Part shown: positions 18,552 to 26,266 of the stretch, piece by piece
Layout of the letters: every line of letters begins with the position of its first letter
How positions within the stretch are numbered: position 1 is the stretch's first letter
Assembly (NCBI GenBank): GCA_026785865.1
Contig: JAJAZG010000576.1
Location: 1 to 41,798, forward strand
Reading direction: 5' to 3'
Source of the DNA: Pseudanabaena sp. CAN_BIN31
GTDB taxonomy: Bacteria; Cyanobacteriota; Cyanobacteriia; Pseudanabaenales; Pseudanabaenaceae
Length of the DNA stretch: 41,798 bases
Program-made: the position numbers and the translations under genes
The notes under the pieces: model-generated
Databases searched by the model: none
Told to the model about the DNA's origin: nothing
What the model saw: only the letters and a program-made list of their open reading frames with translations

Positions 18552-19988
18552 CTACCCCTGTCGGTGATACTCAATTTCAAGCTTGAGCGCTTCTGCCTTA
18601 AACTTAGGGATAAGCCACCCCAAATTTAAAGCATCGGTCACTGACTTTCCAATCGAAACTAAGTACCGAATAGTCCGTAGGAGTAAAACCTTGCGGACTT
18701 CTGCATATTTCATCCAACGAGTAATCTCGCTATCAGAGCCGCGATACAGAATATTCATTGCAGCATTTTGATCGGATTGAACCACGACCCCAGAAAATCT
18801 GGTAAAACGATCCCCATTCCGCGAACCTAGTAACGTTCCAGAAAAAGAACACATTTGCGACGTGTAAGCAGGGTTTACTACCGATAAAGTAGACCCTGTT
18901 TCCTTTGAGATTTTCTCAAGTGAAACTTGTAACTCGCCCTTCATCCATTGGTTTAGCTTGCGATTTATGCCTTTCGCTTGCTGTTTACCTTTAATTGGAG
19001 AGGAGAGATCTTCGGCAAAGATTTGGAGTGGTGAAGTGATTACTCGCCTTAAATCTTTGCGGATAAAATTTTGGATAGTTGCTTTCTCGCGTTCTAACTT
19101 GCGAGATTTAACTTTATGCCCCAGATTATGCTCAAGAATTATTGCTGCTTTCGCAGGATTGTTTTTAGCGTAGGAGCGTAAACGATATCGATTGCGGTTA
19201 GTGCGAGTGATGCGATTAGTTTTGGCAGTCATTAACTTACCTAGTCCAGCCGCAATCTCATCGCCATTTGATGTGTAAAACGCTTCTGTATAGCCTTTGT
19301 CAATGCCAATCTTATCGGTTGGCTTGCCAATAGAAACAGGCAAAATTCTTTTGCGAATGCAATGAATCTCTAACTTATTTTGTTCATTGAGAATTAAGCG
19401 AATTTGACCAGAAATAACATGGCGACATTTCAGTTTTATGGTGATGCGTTTACCTTTGACTAGCCCTGCAAGCTCTATTCTCACGGTATTGCGAGTTAAT
19501 CTTTTGCAGTTATAACCGCCAGATTGATAAACAATCTGATTGCGGACAAAAGTATGACCACGCAAATACTGTTTGCGGGAAGTGCGATGCAGCCAATTGT
19601 CGCCAGTGGGATCGGTCTTCATTAGCCCAATGAGCCTCAACCTTTCCGCAGTGTCTGATGTGTGTCGATATATCGCCCTGATGATAAAGGTTCTAGCCGC
19701 TTCTTGCTGTGCAGTAATTGACTTCATTGCATCGTTAACTGACCATTCCCATAGCTTCGCGGGTAAGCCAATATTGGTAGGCTTTAACATGGTGCGGATG
19801 ATTGGATCTGCTTTTTTCCAATCTAATCCCCATCCTTGTAGAGAGCCAAGCTTGTTATAGGTTAAGGCTCTAGGCACACCGCAAAGCTTTATTAAGCGCT
19901 TTACTTGATCAATATCACTACAAGAAACAACAGGTATTACTTGAGTGTAAATTTCTTCGTTATTCTGTTGTTTCTTGTGAGTTGACAT
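18552..19988 (-). CDS. tnpB: TnpB-like RNA-guided endonuclease (478 aa)
   Basis: RuvC-I GIDKG, RuvC-II FAEDL, PAYTSQ and RuvC-III SDQNAAMNI. ATG 19988 overlaps the upstream stop (TAATG). Confidence 0.88.
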   Translation of the reverse strand: MSTHKKQQNNEEIYTQVIPVVSCSDIDQVKRLIKLCGVPRALTYNKLGSLQGWGLDWKKADPIIRTMLKPTNIGLPAKLWEWSVNDAMKSITAQQEAARTFIIRAIYRHTSDTAERLRLIGLMKTDPTGDNWLHRTSRKQYLRGHTFVRNQIVYQSGGYNCKRLTRNTVRIELAGLVKGKRITIKLKCRHVISGQIRLILNEQNKLEIHCIRKRILPVSIGKPTDKIGIDKGYTEAFYTSNGDEIAAGLGKLMTAKTNRITRTNRNRYRLRSYAKNNPAKAAIILEHNLGHKVKSRKLEREKATIQNFIRKDLRRVITSPLQIFAEDLSSPIKGKQQAKGINRKLNQWMKGELQVSLEKISKETGSTLSVVNPAYTSQMCSFSGTLLGSRNGDRFTRFSGVVVQSDQNAAMNILYRGSDSEITRWMKYAEVRKVLLLRTIRYLVSIGKSVTDALNLGWLIPKFKAEALKLEIEYHRQG

Positions 19989-20467
19989 TACCATCCATCC
20001 AAAGTGATTTCTTTACCTTTGTACCCAACCGACTTTAACGCGATATTAAATTTGTCTAGCCCGATTTTTTTGATGTCGTCAACTAATTCAGCAAACATCA
20101 TATAACCAAGCTTATCGCCTTCATTGTCTAGCTTCATAGCGTCAAGGTATGATCGCGCAATCTTACGCGCTTCTGTTGAAATTGAAGCCTCTTTAGCGGT
20201 TAGACCGCACTTCTCAGCACCTTGAGAAACAAGATACTGCGAAACCTTCTCAGAATGCCAGAGGAAATAAGGTTTTCCGTCTTTGGGACTGATTTCTTGA
20301 ATAAATTCACTGTCTTTAGATAATTGACTTGGTGCACCATCTTCTTCTCGCAAGCTGTACTGTTTGAGTAACTTCCCAAACTTAACCGCAGAAACACCAA
20401 ATTCTTGCCCTATCTCCGTCAATGTTCGCCACGTCTTGCGGAAGCTTTGCTTATTTTTCTTTCCCAT
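19988..20467 (-). CDS. Hypothetical 159-aa passenger protein with a putative N-terminal (winged) HTH
   Basis: TLTEIGQEFGVSAVKFGKLLKQ has HTH spacing reminiscent of phage antirepressor domains. The gene fills the tnpA-tnpB gap and is coupled to tnpB. Confidence 0.75.
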   Translation of the reverse strand: MGKKNKQSFRKTWRTLTEIGQEFGVSAVKFGKLLKQYSLREEDGAPSQLSKDSEFIQEISPKDGKPYFLWHSEKVSQYLVSQGAEKCGLTAKEASISTEARKIARSYLDAMKLDNEGDKLGYMMFAELVDDIKKIGLDKFNIALKSVGYKGKEITLDGW

Positions 20468-20490
20468 GATTTCTACGAATTTATTTATTA

Positions 20491-20522
20491 AATCTATGCA
20501 TTTATTATATTATGCATAGATT
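20491..20522. promoter_or_regulatory. Internal 11-bp palindrome made of the IS end motif
   Basis: AATCTATGCAT-N10-ATGCATAGATT. AATCTATGCA also occurs at 18432-18441 and 21155-21164. Regulatory role is inferred. Confidence 0.6.
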
Positions 20523-20529
20523 CAATAAG

Positions 20530-21165
20530 TCAATCCTTACTGTCAATTATCTTTTCCGCGCATTCATGCATCGCTTGCATTGCCTTTAAATTACGCCTAG
20601 ACCTCTTACCGTAAAGCCTTGCAGACATTACGGTAATAACTGCTAGCACATCCTCTACTAACTCTTGCTCAGGTGATTGGTCAATAGGTCTATTGAGGAT
20701 AATCACCTCTGTTCCGTTGTTCTCACAAAGCGCAAAAATTAGTTCAGCGCCAAAACGCAGCAATCGATCTTTGTCAGAAATAATCAACCGCTCAATTTCA
20801 TTCCTTTGTAGTAGGTTAATCAGGTTTAGTAATCCACGTTTTTTGTAATTTAGCCCAGAGCCAATATCTTTTAATGTATATACTGCGTCCCACCCACGCT
20901 CTTTACAGTAAAGCTCTAAAACTCCAATTTGACGCGCTAAATCTTCTTTTTTGTCAGGCGTACTGACTCTTCCGTAAATAACTGTATGCCTTAGAGAAGG
21001 ATTATCAACTTTTAGAAGGTCAGCTACGCGATAACGGCGGTGACCTCCCTCAGTTTTCTCAACTTTCAACTTTCCATTTTTTTCCCAGCGCCGAAGGGTA
21101 TCAATGCTAACACCTCTTATTTTGGCGGCTTCGCCAATTTGAACTAAATCCTCTAATCTATGCAA
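20530..21165 (-). CDS. tnpA: IS607-family transposase (MerR-type HTH plus serine recombinase)
   Basis: IGEAAKIRGVSIDTLRRWEKNG...TEGGHRRY, YGRVST (catalytic Ser), DIGSGLNYKKRGL, DRLLRFG and SARLYGKRS motifs. TTG start is uncertain. Confidence 0.95.
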   Translation of the reverse strand: MHRLEDLVQIGEAAKIRGVSIDTLRRWEKNGKLKVEKTEGGHRRYRVADLLKVDNPSLRHTVIYGRVSTPDKKEDLARQIGVLELYCKERGWDAVYTLKDIGSGLNYKKRGLLNLINLLQRNEIERLIISDKDRLLRFGAELIFALCENNGTEVIILNRPIDQSPEQELVEDVLAVITVMSARLYGKRSRRNLKAMQAMHECAEKIIDSKD

Positions 21166-21236
21166 AATAATTTATTAGGTAGGTTTACATATATTTAACA
21201 AGATTTAAAGGCTTCTGGTCAACCGCTAGAAATTAA

Positions 21237-21650
21237 TTAATCGGTAACGTTGCCCCTTAAAGCTTTAATTTCGCCACGCTTAGTTTTATTATCGATCCGT
21301 CGATTTTGAGCGCCCCGTGACGGTTTTGTCGGCTTACGTTTTGGCAATATGACTGTGATGCTTTGGATTAATAACTGGAGACGTTTGAGAGCATCGTCTT
21401 TATTTTGCTCTTGCGTGCGATGCTGTTGCGCCTTGATAATGATCACGCCGTCTTTGGTAATGCGCCGATCGCTTAAATTTAGTAATCGTTCTTTATAAAT
21501 AGGCGATAGCGAAGATGCATTAATATCAAAACGTAAATGAATCGCCGTCGAGACTTTATTCACATTTTGCCCTCCTGCGCCCTGCGATCGGATCGCCGTA
21601 ATATCAATTTCATCAAGGGAGATCGATGAATATTTTGTAATTTGAAGCAT
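21237..21650 (-). CDS. arfB: Alternative ribosome rescue peptidyl-tRNA hydrolase ArfB
   Basis: RSQGAGGQNVNKV (GGQ), RTQEQNK and basic tail RKPTKPS...RR...K. Confidence 0.95.
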   Translation of the reverse strand: MLQITKYSSISLDEIDITAIRSQGAGGQNVNKVSTAIHLRFDINASSLSPIYKERLLNLSDRRITKDGVIIIKAQQHRTQEQNKDDALKRLQLLIQSITVILPKRKPTKPSRGAQNRRIDNKTKRGEIKALRGNVTD

Positions 21651-21700
21651 GGAGTTATCTAGAGCGAGTCAATCTGTCTATGTTATTTATTTTACAGCGA

Positions 21701-21749
21701 AACCCCAAAAGGAGAGCGGATGCAAAGCGTTTACTCTCCTTTTAGGATT
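21701..21749. repeat. Degenerate GC-core hairpin, possible terminator of the ABC ATPase gene
   Basis: AAAAGGAGAG-CGGATGC-AAA-GCGTTTA-CTCTCCTTTT directly after the stop at 21750. Confidence 0.7.
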
Positions 21750-22496
21750 TTAGCAAAATAACGATTCTTCGCGATCGCGGTTATCAATTTGCTCAATTGA
21801 TGTGCCGTAAGCACTCTGGATATTGGCAGGAGTTAATACTTGGCGCGGCGTACCACTGGCGACCAAATGGCGATTTAGCAGCAATAACTGATCATAGCGA
21901 TCGAGGGTGTCGCCCCATTCATGACAGCTAATCAGTAAAGTTTTACCTTCTTGCCTTAGCTCATGATAAATATTCCACATTAACGCCTCAGTCTTTTTGT
22001 CAACTGCGGTCAACGGCTCATCTAGCAACAAAATATCTGCCTGTTGCGCCAAGGCTCTCGCCAAGAATACACGCTGCTGCTGTCCACCTGAAAGCTGTTT
22101 AATCGGGCGATTGCGTAACTCGTACAGTTCAACACGCTCTAATACTTCACACACAATTTCTTTTGACTGTCGGCTGATTTGTCCAAACCAACCACTGTGC
22201 AAAGTCCGTGACATCATCACCACATTCCAGACAGTCACAGGATAGTCCCAATCAATCTGCGATCGCTGTGGGAGATAGGCGACTTTTTGACGTTGTTGCT
22301 TGAGTGGTTTTCTGTTATAAAAAACTTGACCTGTTTGAGCAGGAATCAGATCGAGCATTGCTTTGAGCAAAGTGCTTTTGCCTGCGCCATTAGCCCCAAT
22401 TAAGCCAACTAATGAGCCAGATTTGATGCTAAAAGAAATATCCGAGAGCGCGGCGACCTCGCGATATCTAACTGACAGGTTTTGTACTTCAAGCAT
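21750..22496 (-). CDS. Zn/Mn ABC transporter ATP-binding subunit (ZnuC/MntA-like)
   Basis: Walker A GANGAGKST, YLPQRSQIDWDYP, LSGGQQQRVFLARAL and LLLDEP. Confidence 0.92.
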   Translation of the reverse strand: MLEVQNLSVRYREVAALSDISFSIKSGSLVGLIGANGAGKSTLLKAMLDLIPAQTGQVFYNRKPLKQQRQKVAYLPQRSQIDWDYPVTVWNVVMMSRTLHSGWFGQISRQSKEIVCEVLERVELYELRNRPIKQLSGGQQQRVFLARALAQQADILLLDEPLTAVDKKTEALMWNIYHELRQEGKTLLISCHEWGDTLDRYDQLLLLNRHLVASGTPRQVLTPANIQSAYGTSIEQIDNRDREESLFC

Positions 22497-22510
22497 AGAT
22501 GCTCAAAAAA

Positions 22511-22533
22511 TGATAATCGTTTTCAAAATTATA
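22511..22533 (-). promoter_or_regulatory. Zur/Fur-type box next to a TATAAT -10 element
   Basis: TGATAAT-C-GTTTTCA (22511-22525) compared with the 7-1-7 consensus TGATAATNATTATCA. Perfect TATAAT on the minus strand at 22528-22533. Confidence 0.75.
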
Positions 22534-22629
22534 CTCGTAAATTTAGTAGCTGAGAATTATTTTTTCTTTTTTAGCGGAATGTTTTCGGCGAAATGCGATC
22601 GCACTTACATTCGATAAGCAATAAAAACC

Positions 22630-22684
22630 AAAACCCAAAAAGCTGTGGCGCATGCTGCGCGTGCGCCACAGCTTTTTGGGTTTT
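22630..22684. repeat. Palindromic repeat (MITE/REP-like family A, copy 1)
   Basis: Perfect 23-bp arms AAAACCCAAAAAGCTGTGGCGCA. Similar copies at 30813 and within 36479-36582. Confidence 0.92.
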
Positions 22685-22749
22685 AAGCATTCCAAAAAAA
22701 TGATACGATATTTTTATAAGATAAACATTCTTTCAAGCAATAAAAAGTT

Positions 22750-23550
22750 ATGGTAGCCATCACAGATACGCGATCGCAGCCAAAATCTTCAATTCCCTTA
22801 TCTTCTCAAGCCCAGTCTCAGGAAAGAGGATCGGCAATTGAACCAACAAACATATCAGAGATTATTTACCCCAGTTCAGACGGAGAACCCTTGGCAGAAA
22901 CACAGGAACATAGCTTAGCGATCTTAATCGCTTTCAGTATCTTGAGACAATATTTCCAAGATCAGCAAGCTGTTGTCTTCGCCAATCAATTCTTTTATTA
23001 CATTGAGAAAAAGCCAAGGGCAAGGGTTGCTCCCGATGTGATGGTGGTGTTTGATATTCCTGTGAAACTTTATAGCAACTATAAACTATGGGAAGGTCAA
23101 CAGACTCCTGCCATCATCTTTGAGATCACCTCCGCAGGCACTAAAGAAAATGATTGGAACTTTAAAAAGTTGCTGTACGAGCAGTTGGGAATTCATGAAT
23201 ACTGGCTATTCGATCCTTATGGTGAATGGGTTCCTGAACAATTGCAAGGTTATCGGCTCAATGAAGATGGTCAGTACAAGCTGATTGCAGATAGTTGCAG
23301 CGAAGTATTGCAGTTGCGACTGCAAGCAGAGGATTATTTAATCGGCTTTTATCGGTTGGATAATAATGAAAAACTACTTACTCCTGATGAATTGTTTGTA
23401 GCTTCGCAAGAAGCTAGTCAGAGGGCTGAAGAAGCCAGTCAACAGGCTGAAGAAGCTAGTCAAAGGGCGCAATTTGAAAAAACAAGGGGCGATCGCCTTG
23501 CGGAAAAATTACGTGCTTTGGGTGTCGATCCAGATAGTGATGATCTGTAG
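22750..23550 (+). CDS. Uma2/DUF820 PD-(D/E)XK endonuclease-like protein with coiled-coil tail
   Basis: YPSSDGEPLAET..H, VAPDVMV, FEITS and EYWLFDP motifs. Three 21-bp repeats (23410-23472) encode EASQRAE-like heptads. Confidence 0.9.
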   Translation: MVAITDTRSQPKSSIPLSSQAQSQERGSAIEPTNISEIIYPSSDGEPLAETQEHSLAILIAFSILRQYFQDQQAVVFANQFFYYIEKKPRARVAPDVMVVFDIPVKLYSNYKLWEGQQTPAIIFEITSAGTKENDWNFKKLLYEQLGIHEYWLFDPYGEWVPEQLQGYRLNEDGQYKLIADSCSEVLQLRLQAEDYLIGFYRLDNNEKLLTPDELFVASQEASQRAEEASQQAEEASQRAQFEKTRGDRLAEKLRALGVDPDSDDL

Positions 23551-23657
23551 GGATTTTGTATTTGCACTTTTTGCGATCGGTAATGGATTGTAAACAAATG
23601 GGTAAATAAATTCGCTAAACTTAAATGAGTCTACTCAAGACACAAGGTAAAGAAAAG

Positions 23658-24215
23658 ATGGTTGCAACGATCGCAAAACCGATGAGTTTAGAAGCATTTC
23701 TAGAAATGCCTGAGACTAAACCTGCCTCGGAATTTATTAATGGAGCAATCAAACAGAAACCAATGCCACAGGGTAAACATAGCTTGTTACAAGGCACACT
23801 CTGCCAAGCAATTAATCAGGTCGTTCAACCACAAAAGATTGCCTATGCTTTTCCCGAACTACGTTGCACTTTTGGCGGCGCGTCAATTGTTCCTGATATT
23901 GCCGTATTTCGTTGGGAGCGTATTCCTCGTGATGAGGATGGGCAAGTAGCTAATAAATTTTTGACCCATCCCGATTGGACTATTGAGATTCTATCGCCCC
24001 ATCAAGGAACAGAGAATGTGTTGGAGAGTATATTGCATTGTATTGAGCATGGTACTGAACTCGGCTGGCTAGTTGTACCTGAGAAGAAACATATCTTTGT
24101 AATTAATAGCGATCGCCGCATTCAGATTGTAAGGGGAGAGAATATCTTGCCGATGCTAAGTGCAATTGATTTAGAGTTGACAGCTAATCAAGTTTTTGAA
24201 TGGCTTAGCATTTAG
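23658..24215 (+). CDS. Uma2/DUF820 endonuclease-like protein
   Basis: LEAFLEMPETKPASEFING, KPMPQGKHS, ELRCTF, VPDIAVF and PDWTIEILSP motifs. Alternative start at 23625. Confidence 0.92.
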   Translation: MVATIAKPMSLEAFLEMPETKPASEFINGAIKQKPMPQGKHSLLQGTLCQAINQVVQPQKIAYAFPELRCTFGGASIVPDIAVFRWERIPRDEDGQVANKFLTHPDWTIEILSPHQGTENVLESILHCIEHGTELGWLVVPEKKHIFVINSDRRIQIVRGENILPMLSAIDLELTANQVFEWLSI

Positions 24216-24238
24216 GGAATATTTATTTAGGGAATATT
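24210..24238 (+). repeat. Tandem duplication spanning the Uma2 stop codon
   Basis: ATTTAGGGAATATT at 24210-24223 and 24225-24238. Confidence 0.85.
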
Positions 24239-24276
24239 ATTGATTAGCTTTCTTTGCGATCGCTAATGAACTCTAA

Positions 24277-24317
24277 AAAGATAGGGGCTTCGGCTACGCG
24301 CCGAAGCCCCTATCTTT
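24277..24317. terminator. Perfect 18-bp hairpin between convergent genes
   Basis: AAAGATAGGGGCTTCGGC-TACGC-GCCGAAGCCCCTATCTTT. Confidence 0.75.
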
Positions 24318-24331
24318 ATCTTTAGAAATTT

Positions 24332-24643
24332 TTATTCAGCGTTTCTAGTCGCTTTGACAGCATAATAACCGAGCAAGGTGGCTACAGTGAAGCCAGTGAA
24401 GAAAAGTGTAAACAAAACACTGATGCCGCCAGTAATGCCAACTTGAGCAAGAATACCTTTGCCAGTCAAAACTTCATTTGCGAAGCCCGCGACTAAGCCA
24501 ATCATTGCCATACGACCATTCCACGTTTCCGCAAAGTTGCTGAAACCAAATATGCCTGCCCCTGTAGGATTTACATTAAGACCAACGGTTTTACCTGTAC
24601 TGGGAATATTGCTGTCGCTTGGTTGAGGTTTTGTTGATACCAT
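24332..24643 (-). CDS. hli: High-light-inducible (Hli/LHC-like) protein with an extra C-terminal hydrophobic helix
   Basis: FGFSNFAETWNGRMAMIG chlorophyll-binding motif (ExxNGRxAM). Confidence 0.9.
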   Translation of the reverse strand: MVSTKPQPSDSNIPSTGKTVGLNVNPTGAGIFGFSNFAETWNGRMAMIGLVAGFANEVLTGKGILAQVGITGGISVLFTLFFTGFTVATLLGYYAVKATRNAE

Positions 24644-24696
24644 GATTAATTGCTTTCCTACAGAAACTTTATATCAGTGGACTAAGCTTTGCATTT

Positions 24697-24714
24697 AACG
24701 TAAACAAATGTAAA
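24697..24714 (-). promoter_or_regulatory. HLR1 (RpaB-binding) motif upstream of hli
   Basis: Minus strand TTTACATT-TG-TTTACGTT compared with (G/T)TTACA(T/A)(T/A)-N2-(G/T)TTACA(T/A)(T/A); one mismatch. Confidence 0.75.
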
Positions 24715-24729
24715 TCTATCATCAGAAAT

Positions 24730-26121
24730 ATGCCCTACTGCCTCAACCCTAGTTGCTGGAAGCCAAACAATCCCGATGGGACAAGATTTTGCATGAATTG
24801 CGGCAAAAATTTGCAGCTTAATGGTTTGTATGAAGCGATCGCCTTAATTGGACAGGGAGGCATGGGGCGAACTTTTCGGGCAAGAGATTTAGGGCGACTG
24901 GGGCAGCCTTGCGCGATTAAGCAATTTTTGCCACAGTTTTCAGGCTCTGATTTAATGCAAAAGGCGATCGCTCTATTTGAAAGCGAAGCCGCCCAACTTA
25001 AAGCATTAGGTTCTCATCCACAGATTCCTGAATTGATCGCCTATTTTGAAGAAGATGGATGTTTGTATTTAGTGCAGGAGCTAATCGAAGGTGAAAATCT
25101 TGATGTAGAATTACAGCGTAATGGCATATTTAACGAAGCGCAAATCTATCAATTACTAGAAAATATTCTACCCGTTCTCCAATTCATCCACGATCGCCAA
25201 GTGATCCATCGCGACATTAAGCCTGAAAACATTATTCGCCGTTCTGGAAGCGCGGGAAATCTTGTCCTCGTCGATTTTGGCGCAGCCAAATCTTTTACAA
25301 CCAATACTGCCAGTCGCACAGGCACATTAATCGGTAGTGCTGAATATATCGCGCCCGAACAGGCAAGGGGAAAGGCTATCCCTCAAAGCGATCTTTATAG
25401 TTTGGGCGTAACTTGCATTTTTTTATTAACAGGAATTTCGCCCTTTAATTTATACGATGACGAGCGCGATCGCTGGATTTGGCGAGAAAAGTTGCAAACT
25501 TCTATTTCTGATCATTTAGCTATGATTCTTAATCGACTTTTAGAAAGAGCGATCGCTAATCGTTATCGTTCTGCTAATGAAGTCCTGCATGATTTACAAG
25601 ATTTAACGATAAGCTCAAATATTAATTCTAGTCCTCAGATAGAAAAATTAATGGAAGTGCTAAATTTGGGGCAGTGGCAAGAAGGCGATCGCCTGACTAA
25701 TCAAATTATTTTAGAACTTGCCAATAAAAATAGAATTGCTCAATTAACTGCCGATGATATCGATCTCATTTCTTGCGATGTCTGGCAAGCGATCGATCAA
25801 GCATGGATGGACGCAACGAATAATCGCTTTGGTTGGAGCGCTCAGCAGAAAATCTGGAAAAATCTCGGCGGTAGATTAATTTACGAAGAAAATAACTATT
25901 GGGAATTTGCCAAAATCTATGAAAAGTTTGCCGATCGCGTAGGATGGCGCAAACCACGCTGGTTAAATCTAGGATTTTCTCCAAAGATTTGGCGAAAATA
26001 TGAGAATTTGACCTTTGCGATCGCTGCGCCGCGTGGACATTTACCAAGCTTGTTTTTTTGGGAAGGATTTAATCTAGTCGATCCTGTTTTCTACCGCCTA
26101 GAAATTTGTCGTCAGAAATAG
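24730..26121 (+). CDS. Pkn2-type Ser/Thr kinase with 4-Cys prefix and C-terminal GUN4-like domain
   Basis: YCLNPSC...FCMNCG, GQGGMG, HRDIKPEN, DFG and APE motifs. C-terminal IDQAW...RFGWSAQ..IW...RVGWR...APRGHLP. Confidence 0.92.
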   Translation: MPYCLNPSCWKPNNPDGTRFCMNCGKNLQLNGLYEAIALIGQGGMGRTFRARDLGRLGQPCAIKQFLPQFSGSDLMQKAIALFESEAAQLKALGSHPQIPELIAYFEEDGCLYLVQELIEGENLDVELQRNGIFNEAQIYQLLENILPVLQFIHDRQVIHRDIKPENIIRRSGSAGNLVLVDFGAAKSFTTNTASRTGTLIGSAEYIAPEQARGKAIPQSDLYSLGVTCIFLLTGISPFNLYDDERDRWIWREKLQTSISDHLAMILNRLLERAIANRYRSANEVLHDLQDLTISSNINSSPQIEKLMEVLNLGQWQEGDRLTNQIILELANKNRIAQLTADDIDLISCDVWQAIDQAWMDATNNRFGWSAQQKIWKNLGGRLIYEENNYWEFAKIYEKFADRVGWRKPRWLNLGFSPKIWRKYENLTFAIAAPRGHLPSLFFWEGFNLVDPVFYRLEICRQK

Positions 26122-26127
26122 TGACTA

Positions 26128-26188
26128 AGATCATCCCAGAATTAATAGTTTGACGCTCCGCGTCGAACTATTAATTCTGGGATGATCT
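26128..26188. repeat. 29-bp-arm hairpin with GC-GGA-GC core on the minus strand
   Basis: AGATCATCCCAGAATTAATAGTTTGACGC-TCC-GCGTCGAACTATTAATTCTGGGATGATCT, one G-T mismatch. Confidence 0.88.
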
Positions 26189-26266
26189 GTAAAAAACTTG
26201 TGAACCAAGCGAAATATCTGCCAATATAGATTACATATTTCGTTTGCCTAGTAAGGGAAGACCCGC

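Larger units (their letters stand above)
18415..21218 (-). mobile_element. Complete three-gene IS607-family element (tnpA - passenger - tnpB)
   Basis: Serine-recombinase tnpA plus tnpB; 10-bp periodic subterminal repeats at both ends; GGT shared at both junctions (18413-15 and 21217-19). Removing the element restores an in-frame galE end. No HIP1 seen inside. Confidence 0.85.

Noticed and set aside
18552-19988. TnpB as a type V CRISPR (Cas12) effector
   Set aside because: No repeat-spacer array or cas genes are visible anywhere in the window, and the gene lies inside an IS with tnpA.
18552-19988. Nuclease-dead TnpB (TldR-like regulator)
   Set aside because: All three RuvC acidic residues are present.
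23410-23472. Three 21-bp tandem repeats as a CRISPR-like or regulatory array
   Set aside because: They are in-frame heptad repeats without spacers, a common coiled-coil tail of Uma2 proteins.
24730-26121. Kinase-GUN4 fusion as a novel architecture
   Set aside because: This domain combination is well known in cyanobacteria.
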